The position numbers and the translations under genes were made by a program. Positions 26,523-37,339 of a stretch of 64,000 bases of DNA are shown piece by piece. Source of the DNA: Blepharisma stoltei ATCC 30299 (lineage: Eukaryota; Protista; Ciliophora); the NCBI GenBank assembly GCA_965603825.1, contig CBFDEM010000047.1, positions 124,001 to 188,000 on the forward strand, given 5' to 3'. The notes below the pieces were generated by a model. That model saw only the letters and a program-made list of their open reading frames with translations. It was not told the origin of the DNA and ran no database searches. The stretch's first letter is position 1. Every line of letters begins with the position of its first letter.

Positions 26523-26537
26523 CTATATAAAAATTAC
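26523..26537 (-). other. 15-nt intron (in-frame, no stop)
   Basis: GTAATTTTTATATAG; removal restores the ABCG motif NNFPLERAPYIKE. Confidence 0.85.
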
Positions 26538-28258
26538 AGTTATTCACAGTCGTTCCATTTCCTTGGACTACTGCAAACATAACCAAAAGATAAATTAGCC
26601 CATTTCGATTTTGTATAGATTTTACATTATCTCCTAAATCATTAAAAAATAGCGCCACAATCACACTAAACCCCAGATGGCTTGCAAGCCTAAGTTTCAA
26701 TGACAATTTATTCCTGCTTGCATTTTTGGCAGCTCTTTTAAGCAGTTCATAAAACTCTGCCCATATGCCAGGGTAATAAACTTTAATATTATGAAGCTCA
26801 GAAAGCTCATATTCAGAGCTCTGTCGTTCTTTATGGTATTTTTCCCTATATGCCGTAAATAATAAATTCATCATTTCTTGCTCATTTTCTGTTATATCAA
26901 ATCTATTTGAGACGTGAAAAATTCTCATATAAAAATCAGCTGGATTAACACTTTTTGGGCATTTGTATCCTAATTCTGCGAAATATTTTCTTGAATTTTT
27001 GCAAGAGCCTTGATAGATAATATTTCCTTCTAATAAAAGTATAAGCTTGTCGAATTTTTTAAAAATTGAGGAGCTTGGCTGATGGATTGTAGAAATTATA
27101 GTTCTGCCTTTTAAAGCTTGCTTTATTAATAAATCAATAACTAGCTCTGCGTTATAGCTGTCCAATCCTGATGTAGGTTCATCAAGCATGAGAATGCATG
27201 GATCAGTTATCAATTCCATTCCAATGCTGAGCCGTTTCTTTTCTCCTCCTGAAAGTCCTTTAATTATCTCGTTTCCAATTAAATTGTCAGCAATATTCGA
27301 TATATTTAAGTCGTCAAGAATTTCTTGGACTTTTAAAGATTTTTCCTCAATGCTACCAGGGAATCTGAGCATGGCATAAAACAATAGATACCCATTAAAA
27401 AACCTAATTATTAATTGGCAACTTATAATCTCATAGTAATAAAATAAGCTAGTATTAAAAGTATTATAATTGAATATAAAAAGTATAGTTTTCCCTGACC
27501 CAGATGACCCCATAATTGCTAAATTTTGCCCTGGATTAGCATCTCCTGAAATATTTTTTAATATTTGGTGGGTCTTTTTTTTCGAGGAAATTGAGTAACT
27601 GATATTTTTCCAGGAAAGTTTTATCAGATTTTATTAGTGAATAACTGGCATTCAGATTATTGCCAGGAATTTTATTTTCCTCTGGAAAAGTATCAATATT
27701 TGTGAGATTTACCTTTTGTTTCATTTATATTTATAGACATAGTGAAACTGTTTAGATTTATCCACCATTTTAAGTGCAAATCACCAAATTAAATTTTAAA
27801 TATCTTTTAATATTTTTATCATTGCCAAAGCTATAAAATATTTTACATTTTATATATAACTGCTTTAGGCTTAGCTCTGTAAACTGTTTGTTTTTAAATA
27901 AAATTTATCAGTTTCAAGAATTGCTCAGTTTAGAAACTCTTAATATAATTTCTTACCCTATTTTATTATTTAGCTCCAAAGTTTATATAGCATTATTTTT
28001 CAAAAAGATGTATTCACAAACAAGATTCCATATTCTATCTAATTGATCATTCTATCAATTTTATTATTAAATGCCTTTTTTATTAATAAGCAGTCTAATC
28101 ATTTCTGACAATTTAAAACTTTTTATTAACCTGTTAGCAAGCTTGATTTAAACTAGAAATAAGCTTTATGCTTATTAATAAACGTTTATTCAGGCATAAT
28201 GGTAGCTTTTAAACTATCATAACTCCCACCATTTTAATATTCATAAAGCGAAGTAATT

Positions 28259-30190
28259 ATGTTGCCTTTAATTTTTGCTTTGTTATTTACCCTTTCTCAA
28301 GCAGACCCAGGAATTTGTAAAAGTGCTTTAATATCTGTATACACCAAAACCCACAAAGACGCCACAAAAATGCTTTATTACTCTGGAAGAGATTTTGATG
28401 ATTTAGGAAAATACGATGACTGCAATGACTTAGACTCTGCAAAATATCTTTTAATAAGAGGCAAAGTCCAAGGAAATATAGGAATGATAGGCCTATGTGG
28501 CCCAAAAGAATGTTCTACTTCAGATTACGACGACTTAAAAGGATGACTTGATGTTGCCTTAAATTTGACTTCACGAGGAATTGAGCTGGACACGCTGAAA
28601 TTTTATTTTTCTTATGATTATAATCACGAACCACTTGACGGAGGAGCTATTTTTATGGTAATTTTGTGGTGCTTGTTAATAATCGTTGTCATTTCAGGCA
28701 CATATCTTGAGTACCTGAAAATCCAAGACCCTGAAAAGAAATTTGAAGGGAAATTGGGGCTTTTAATGACTTTTTCAGCCATACACAATTCTTCAAAGCT
28801 ATTTGTCCTTCCTATAGAAAAAGACAATTTACAAATTTTTAACGGAATTAGGGTTTTTGGAATGCTTTATATCATTATTGGGCATTCTTATGTATACCAG
28901 CTTAGTGCAGCAATCACAAATCCGAATCAAGCAATTGATTGGATAACTGATTTTGGGCATAAATTTATATCAATGGCCCAATATCTGGTTGATATTTTTT
29001 TCCTTATGGCTGGGTTTCTGCTTGCATATCTTACAATCGGAGAAATGAACAGAAAAAATGGGAGGATTAACTGGGTTGTGTTTATATCCCACCGCTTCAT
29101 CAGGATGATTCCTGTTTATTGGTTTGCTTTTTTAAACTACCTGCTGCTAGAAAGATATATAGGAGGTGGCCCTCAGTGGCCATCATTTAAACAGCTCACT
29201 ATAACAGGCTGTGACGACTATTGGTGGTCAAATCTTTTATTTTTAAATAATCTTTTGCCTAGTGACGCTTATTGTTGCATGGGCTGGACATGGTACGTAG
29301 CCAATGATGTACAGTTTTATTGCTTTACGCCTATTATTTTGATAATTTATTATAAGAGAAAATACTTCGCATATATTCTCTTATGCCTCCTTATTCTGCT
29401 GAATTTTGTTATAATTGCAGGGCTGTCAGATAGGCATGACTATAATCCTACGATTTTGTATGGGTTAAATGATAAGCATCAATTTTTGAATATTTATGTA
29501 AAACCATATACAAGGATGTGCACTTATATATTAGGGTTAATAATAGGATTTATTTATAGGTCAAATGTGGACTATAGACCTGTGAGCTTGATATCTCCTG
29601 TTACTGATATTGAAAACTCTGAACAATCTGCGTTTGAAAGTCAGCTTTACCCTGATAAGGAGAGGGAGGTTAGTGATAATTCAAACTTAGATTGGGTCAC
29701 AAACTTAGAAGTTATGTCTGTAAGGTGGATTCATAATTGATATATAAGGTATTCAGCATATGCTCTAGGAGCTGGATTAATGTTTATGATAAATTTCCTT
29801 CCTTATCAGCTTGATGACCATGGCTTGGATTATTGGACACAAAATGGAAAAACCACTTTTTTGGTATTCGAGCATTTTACATTTGCTGTGGGATTCAGTT
29901 TGATTTTGATTCCTATGCTTTTTGGGAAAGGCAGGGTATTAAATTATATTCTAAGCTTTAAATATCTAGTTCCGCTGGCCAGAATTAGCTTTTCAGTTTA
30001 CATTATCCACCCTATTTTTATTTATTTAGTTGCTTTGTCAAGATATCAAGCCTTTTACTTGCAAGATTGGGAATTGCTTTATAATGCAATTGCGACGATT
30101 TTTCTATCGTTTATTGTAGGCTTTATTTTATCTATGACTTTGGAAAGTCCTATTTTATCATTAGAAAGGAAACTTCTTAGGAAGAAATAA
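28259..30190 (+). CDS. NRF-6/OACYL-like membrane acyltransferase (Acyl_transf_3), two UGA-Trp
   Basis: Signal peptide, DLGKYDDC NRF domain, NGIRV...IIGH, VDIFFLMAGFL, HRFIR, WTWYVANDVQFY, ISFSVYIIH; TGA at 28544 and 29738. Confidence 0.92.
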
Positions 30191-30283
30191 CAAATTATTA
30201 AGCGATTTATTAAATTTTGCTTTTATTAAATAAAGATTTTGTTTTCACAGAATTCCTTTAAATGCCTGAAAATTAGTTAATAA

Positions 30284-30544
30284 ATGTCACTTTTGTTTCG
30301 AGCATTTGCATCTTACTATAAGATGAAGACTCACTCTGGCATCAAAAAAAGAATAAAAATTATAGGAAGCTTATGGGAGAGGCACTTCATGTTTTATCCG
30401 ACTAGCAAGCATCACAAACTCATCAACAAAAGCAAGAATAACTTGAAGAGGAAGACAAATCCAAAAGAACTTACATGTCCTGGAGATGTAAAAAGACTGA
30501 AAAGGTTGATGCCGTATTGGAACTTTAAAAAGTACAAGAACTAA
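30284..30544 (+). CDS. MRPL35: mitochondrial ribosomal protein bL35m
   Basis: Short presequence followed by KMKTHSGIKKR...H.L..KS...KRLMPY. Confidence 0.85.
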   Translation: MSLLFRAFASYYKMKTHSGIKKRIKIIGSLWERHFMFYPTSKHHKLINKSKNNLKRKTNPKELTCPGDVKRLKRLMPYWNFKKYKN

Positions 30545-31406
30545 TTTAATTTAGGATTACTTGGCTCGATTGAGATTTATGATGAATTTAATAATAGATA
30601 AGGGAAAATGGGAAATTTTATCTTTTAAATCATTCATTTCAGAAGGAAAAATTGTATGCTCATGCTAATTTTAATTTATAGTAGCATGATTATTGAAATA
30701 ATTAAAAGCTATTAAATATTTCAAATGAAAAATAAATCTTTAATATTTGGCAAAATTTAATGCATAAAATGATAAATAAGTAAAGTCATGATAAAAAATA
30801 TGAAATACAAGGAAAATTCACAGGGCTCTAATATAATTTTCATACAATGTTCTGAACATAATAAAATAATTTAAAAAATAATATGGAATAAAGAGAACTA
30901 TTTAGCTGTAATTAAAATAAAGACTAAAATTCAATTCCTGTATTAATAAATTAAATATAGAATTCATTTAAGAAAGAAAATGGATCTTGGTTTTCAGTTT
31001 GTTTTAACCCTTAAAAATACATATATTCTTTAATGGCAGAGAGATTGGGAATTTACTTAGTTAAAAAAAAAGATTATATGTTAAAAATAAAGAGTTTATT
31101 TATAAATAGTTTTCGATAGCTCTTGCATAAATCATTTACTCATATATTGCAGATAATAGCATCAAATTATAAAGAAGCAGTGAATTAAACCAGCTTTTTC
31201 TCATGAAAGTGCAATATTTAATAATAGCATTATCTTTCCAAAACAGTTTAAATCAAGTCTTATAGAATCATCAAGAGTTTTAAAAATCACTATGACTTTA
31301 ACGATCGCATTGATATTTTAATTTGTCGCCAAATTTAATATTTAACTCCATACCCAATTTCATAAAATTGAATCCCTTTCAACAGAATATAAAATAAACA
31401 AACATC

Positions 31407-33032
31407 ATGCAAAAATCTAGTTCAGCCACAAATCAAACGCTTATTAAAGGAGAAAGCACCTCAGACCCCAGTAAAATCTACAGCCTGATCCCACCTCGTA
31501 AAAGGCACTTAACTCCAAACTCCCGAGTCCGCAGTACAAAAGTTATAATTCCTTCACAAGGGTCTTCTTTTTGCCATACACCCCAGATTTCCGATATTAT
31601 CCCTTTTATCACTTGTGGGAGTATTCCCGTTGGTTTTCAATTTCCATTGAAAAATCGGCTGAAAAACCAAAAATATCTCCCATCGAAAAATCTTGAAAAT
31701 TCACCTACAAGGAGAACTTCAGATGCAGTTGGAAAAGAATTTTCTCCTGAGGCAAGAACTGATTCTACTATGGCAAATTCGTGATACTCGAACCAAAATC
31801 CTTGTAACTCGATTTCAGAAGATGTTTCGTCTCCGCATAGACAAGTTGAGTCTTTACCAGGCACTGAAGATAAAGAATCACCGAAAAGCGTAAGGGTTTC
31901 TTATACAACTATGTCAGATTTCCATCAAATTGTACCAAAAATCAACACAAAATCTGTATTAAAATCCAAGCTCATAAATTGCCAAGAAAAAATTTATAAA
32001 CTTCCTAATAGGGCTAAAACGCCAAATATCAGGCCAAGGACGCCTGAGTTTTACCATAGTCAAAATCCTCATAATCAAGAATCAATCCAAGAGTACTTCG
32101 CAGGCTCAAATATTTCAAGGCTAAAACGCAAAGGAAAAAATGACGACAAAAAACTTGATTTTTCAAGCGATTTTGTAAATATCAAGTATTTATTAGCAGG
32201 ACACAAAAATTCAGTAAATTGTGTAGAAGTTTGAGATGAAAATATATGAAGCGGATCTAAAGATTGTAAAATAAACGTTTGGAATTTTAATGAAATACTG
32301 CAAAGTAATAAAAAAATCATCAGAAAGCCTGTGGTGATTGGGAAACATCATGGCTCTGTCAACGTTATAAAAAAATGTAGCAATTTAATAGCTTCTGGTG
32401 GACAGGATTGCTATATTAAACTATGGAGCCCAAATTACAAAGAGCTTGGCTGCTTGAAAACTTCATCAAGCATAAAAAGCTTAGAATCTCTTTATAGTAA
32501 TAAATTGATTTCAGGAAGCTTAGAATCAATAACAGCTTGGGATTTAGCCAAGCAAACACATATAAGAGAACCCATAACAGAACATCTTAAAAAAATAAAC
32601 TCTCTTACCAGACATACAGAATTTACATTTATCAGTGGATCAGATGATTCAACCATAAAGCTATGGGATTTAAGGGTACCGAGGTCAATTTTAACTTTAA
32701 TTTCTCACGAAAATCCAATTACTTGTACAATATTTACGAGCCAATTTACTTTTCTTTCAGGGTCACTTGATAAAAGCATAAAGGAGTGGGATATCAGGGT
32801 AGCTGACGTTATAAGCACAAGGCAATCAAATAGTAAAATTTATTGTATGTCTGCTATAGGCTTGAAAATCGCAGCTGGGGGAAATGGCATTGAAATTTGG
32901 GATGAAAACAAGCACAAAGATATAAATTTTCATGAGGGGAGAATTAAATGCTTGTGCTATGATGGAAGCCAAAAGCTATTGTTTTCGAGCAGCACTGATA
33001 ATATAGTCGCTGCATGGTCTTTTAAAGAATAA
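31407..33032 (+). CDS. WD40-repeat protein with a disordered N-terminus (three UGA-Trp)
   Basis: One frame through TGA at 31782, 32232 and 32247 (GHKNSVNCVEVWDENIWSGSKDCKINVW); SGSDDSTIKLWD. Confidence 0.88.
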
Positions 33033-33117
33033 GGGTCGAAATGCTCCTTGAAGTTATATTTAAAATGCATAGTTTTAGTTGTAAGAATATATAAATAAAT
33101 AATATATTGAAAAATGC

Positions 33118-33675
33118 TTATAGTAAATAATTAAAAAAAGTTACCAGACATAAATATATTTCAATAACAGTCCCTAATATAAAAAGGAAGCCAAACGCCC
33201 AAGCTCCATAAATTATTCCTAAAATACTTTGCAAAATAATATAAATGCTTCATACATGCATAAAGATCATTAGCAGCTGAAAGAGTTTTTTATTATCTGC
33301 TCCTATACAGTTCGAAAGCATAGAGCAATGATGATGGAATTCTCTTACACATCGGTGGCATTGCACACAATGTATAGTTGTGTCATCTTTGTTCATTTTG
33401 CAGGTTTCGCAATAGTTATATGTGAACCCTTTTCCAGAAAATCCTATTTTTTGTTTCAGTAAAGGCTTAAAAGCTAAATCCAAGTAATACCCAGGGTCTG
33501 ATGTGAAAAAGCATAACGAGAAACAAATGCAGAGAAATGATAGCATAAGATGAAAATTATTAACAATTTCAGGGTAAAACCCACTTGCTAATCTATTGCT
33601 GTAAAATGATGTTCCTATTATGATGAGTAAAGTAGTAGCCAAATTTCCGGGGTTAGGGCAGCTGTGTCGTTCCAT
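33118..33675 (-). CDS. DHHC-type palmitoyltransferase-like protein with variant HHHC motif (one UGA-Trp)
   Basis: SDPG, CETC...HCVQCHRCVREFHHHCSMLSNCIG.DN...F; reads through TGA 33250-33252 to TAA 33118-33120. Confidence 0.8.
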
Positions 33676-33881
33676 TTAAGTTTATAAGAATTCCATATTT
33701 CATATTTCAGTTTGATTTCAAAGATGAACTTATTTACTATTTACATATAAAGTACTGATAGGATTAAATTAATATTTGGTTTGCTTTTTTTAAATTATTA
33801 AAAATATTTTTATTTAACAATAAGAAAAATTATATTGGCTGTTTAGGAATTTAGACATATTAGCATCTTTTCATGGCTTGG

Positions 33882-34099
33882 CTAAGAAATTAAAATCTTG
33901 GCATTGAGTAATTAATCTCCTCCTTCATCTATATTAAAAAGCGCATATACTGCGGATCCAACTATTAGAGCTAATAAATAGGAAGCCATGCGAATATTTA
34001 TTTTAGTCCTTCATCAATTTTGCTATAGTCTCCTGATGCAGCTTCATCTGCAATTGCGAGTAATAGTAGACAAAAACTTAGCACCAGTTTCTCTATCAT
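33882..34099 (-). pseudogene. degraded small signal-peptide + single-TM gene (C-terminal motif like ATP6AP2/renin receptor)
   Basis: MIEKLVLSFCLLLLAIADE...K*IFAWLPI/LALIVGSAVYALFNIDEGGD*LLNAKIL; two internal TAA and one frameshift. Confidence 0.4.
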
Positions 34100-34173
34100 A
34101 TTTTATTATTGCTCATATAAGATTTTTGCCATTTAATACAAATTTAGAAGAAAATAATTATAATAAATGGTGA

Positions 34174-37044
34174 TTATTGTTTATTAAAGATATGCTCTAC
34201 ACGCTTAAAAGAGTTGCAAGACTCGCATTTTCTCATTTCTTTGCAGTATTTGATAAGGCTTTTCCATTTAGGATTTCTTGACAAGCAAGCTTCATTTCCA
34301 ATGGCGTACATTCCATACTTCGCTCTGCTGATAGCTACATTCATTCTCCTCTCATCTTTGAGGAATCCAATTGTTTTTCCAGATCTAACAGCACTGAAAA
34401 TGACGACATCTACTTCTCTTCCTTGGAAACCATCCACAGAACTTACTTCACAATTTTTTTTCCAAGAATCTCCATATCTTTTGGATAATAATTTTTCAAT
34501 GTGATCCACTTGTCCTTTATATGGAGAAATTATTCCAATATGAGCATCACTTCTACCTATTCTCTTTTTAAGCACTCCATAGAGATTCAGCGCGAATTGT
34601 GCTTCAGGGTCATTGAAGTAGCTCATGGAGCCGTTTTTAGTATTTTCTTTAGATGTGCTAATATTGAAAAAGAATAGCCCTTCAGGATATACCCAATTTG
34701 GTATTGGACGATTATCTATACTTTCTCCCGTACATATTTGATTATTGTAAAATGTTTTGCTGGTAAAGTCACTGATTTCTTTCATCATTCTATATTGCTC
34801 ACTCAATAGCACAGGCTTAACATTACATTCTGTCATCCTTTCAAAAAAGGATCTATCATATTTATTTTTTTTGGATTTTTCTGAAAAAGTTGTAGCTGGG
34901 AGTTGTTTAGGATCTCCAATTAATATAACCGATTTAGGGTCATATTGAAATGGTATTAAAGTGCTAACCTCCAAACTTTGGCAGGCTTCATCTATAATTA
35001 GATAGTCAATTGATTTAACATTTTGCAAAACTGGAAAAGAGCCAGCTCCACTTAAAGTGCAAAATATGACATCGGAATTTTTAATAATATCTTTTTTGCA
35101 TTTATTCTTTTTTCCAAGTAATGTAAATCTTTTCTTTTTCAATTCTGCTAATTTAGGATAAAGTTCTCTTGTGGTGCTGTAGGAATTATAGCTACCTTCT
35201 TTTTTCAGATCTTCTATTTGTTTTTCTAGTTTTTCAATATTTTTAGTTATTTCTTCTATCAGTTTTGAATCATTTTCTTTAATTCTACCAAATAATAAAT
35301 ACAAATCTCAGATTTTTTTGAGCATGAGTTTGGAGAAAAAATCATTTGAACTATAGAATAAATTCATCATTTTGAATAAAACATTTAGCATCATACTTTT
35401 ATACCATCGAAAATAAAATTAACAGCAGAAAATCTTATTAATCTTTATAAAAAAATTTATTCCTCTAACCTAATAACTAAAAAGATTCATTTATTGATAT
35501 AAGAAAATAAGCAAATTTTCAAGTTTTACACTCAATCTTATTGAATGCACAGTCATTTCTATTTCTTCAGCAGTTTTTTCTTCTTCTTCATCAACACCAA
35601 GCTCATGCTTTTGCTTTTTTTCTCCAATCCTCAGTAAAGAAATATCATTTCTTTTATCTCCATATATATCAAAAATTCCTTTTCTTAATACAGTTGATGC
35701 AATTTCGTCAACTGCTGCATTGCTTTGAGCACAAACTAAGATCTTGCTTTTTGGGTTAATTGCAAAGAGTCCTGATAAAATCCCAACGACTGTAGTTGTT
35801 TTTCCAGTACCCGGAGGCCCTTGAATTAGAGATATTTTTCCATCAGATTGTATTGAATTTTTAATTGCTTCAACCTGAGATTTATTATAATTTTTTTGAC
35901 GTATTGTTTGCATGAATATTGGAGGTATGCATTTTTCTCTTGCTGGCGGACATACTTTAGGGTTAAGAATTTGACTTCCCAATGATAAATATTCAATATC
36001 GCCTATAACATCATACTCTCTCTTTAAGGGTGTAATGTTGCCTATAGAAGTTACTATATATTTTCTTGAAGTTTTAAATGATTTTTTACGTCTTGGATCT
36101 AGTGAAATCGTGATTTTATTGTTTTTGCCTTTATTTATCAATCCTAATGTTCAATTAATGTTTCTTATTTGAAGCTCTTTATAGCTTTGAGGCACCGGAT
36201 TTTGGTTAGAGATAATAAGCACAATATCATCATTTCGGATTTCACTTTCAAATTCTGCTTCATCTGAGTCTCTATCTCTATCAGATATAGATGCATATCT
36301 TTTTTCAACGCTAAGATTCAAACAATAACTGTTTGACAGAAAAGCTTCTCCTAAAGCTTGCTCTAATATCGCATCTAATTCAATATAAAAAGCTTGTTCA
36401 AAGTAACGTTTGTATGCAAACTCATTTTGAAATGAGCTTGGGATTTTTAATTGATTCTTTTTGGGGTTTAAAGGGCTGTATGAAAGAATAAAAGTTTCAA
36501 AGTCTGAAAATTCTACATCTGAGTCTGAAGAGGAGTCAGAAAAATCACTAGAATCTTTTCTTTGGCTAGATTGTTGTTGATAGGTTCTATTTTGGGTATT
36601 GTTATACAAATTTTTCTTTGGAAGATCTAAATTTCATCCAGGCTTGAACTGAGACGGACTTGAATAGGAATATCCGTTTTCTTCTCTATCATAGCTGTCT
36701 CCATCTAATCAATATTGATTGAATCCTCTGTTCTGATACATATTTCCTGCAAACTCCTTATTTTGGGCTTGATATTTGCAGGCTGATGATTGAGGAGATG
36801 GAAGCACCATTGGTGCAACATTTTTAACTTCAGTGTTTAAATTTCTATAAGATGGGCTATAACTAGTAGGTATAGTGCTAAAATTATTTGTAGATTTGCA
36901 TAATCCTTTCCCTGGAGTAGCAGAAAGAGAGGCTCCTCCTAGCTTGCAGTCTGAATTTTGAGATATTTTCTCTTGATGCTGCAGGCTAATAGTTTCCTTT
37001 TCTTTAAGCTCTTCAGAGTCACAGGTTGATCATATGGATCCCAT
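34174..37044 (-). CDS. Sen1/Upf1-like SF1B helicase copy 1, interrupted by a ~222-nt AT-rich insertion
   Basis: Starts MGSI(W)S at 37044; several UGA-Trp; GPPGTGKT, DEACQ, GDPKQLP, QYRM, DGFQGRE, RMNVAISRAK; both halves are in the same frame across the insert. Confidence 0.8.
35288..35509. mobile_element. candidate IES / insertion inside helicase copy 1
   Basis: AT-rich, contains stop codons, absent from the three paralogues. Excision of 222 nt between TA dinucleotides (35508-35509 and 35286-35287) leaving one TA restores KLENLLRIKEND. Exact ends are ambiguous. Confidence 0.45.
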
Positions 37045-37089
37045 TATTTATTGCTACATTAATCTCAATTTGTTGTTAAATCTGCATAT

Positions 37090-37124
37090 TTCGGGAATAT
37101 ATGGCATTATTTTAATTTCGGGAA
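37090..37124 (-). promoter_or_regulatory. two copies of the TTCGGGAA upstream motif (helicase copy 1)
   Basis: TTCGGGAA at 37090-37097 and 37117-37124, 46 and 73 nt upstream of ATG 37044; the first matches the offset seen in the paralogues. Confidence 0.55.
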
Positions 37125-37339
37125 AATATGGAAATTTAAAGTTAAAGATTTAAAATAAAAATTTTAGGCTATTATTTAGGCATAATTATTGTTTAAAAAA
37201 TGCAATAAGCATAAATCAACGATTAATATATATTATAGATATGCTTCATCTAGAATTTTCTGCCAGGCTGGTATTTCTCAATCTGTTTGGAATGAAGGTT
37301 TCTTATAAATTATAAAAAATAAAATAAAATAAAGAATGA

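Larger units (their letters stand above)
25912..27724 (-). pseudogene. ABCG (White-like) half transporter with three introns; disrupted 5' part
   Basis: LSWKNISY, GSSGSGKT, LSGGEKKR, LDEPTSGLD, TIHQP, NPADF and a TMD. Apparent frameshift near 27615-27630; Q-loop region replaced by an AT-rich segment at ~27388-27486. Confidence 0.75.

Noticed and set aside
35285-35531. Long GT-AG intron in helicase copy 1
   Set aside because: The available GT/AG pairs do not restore the frame, and all supported introns here are 15-16 nt.
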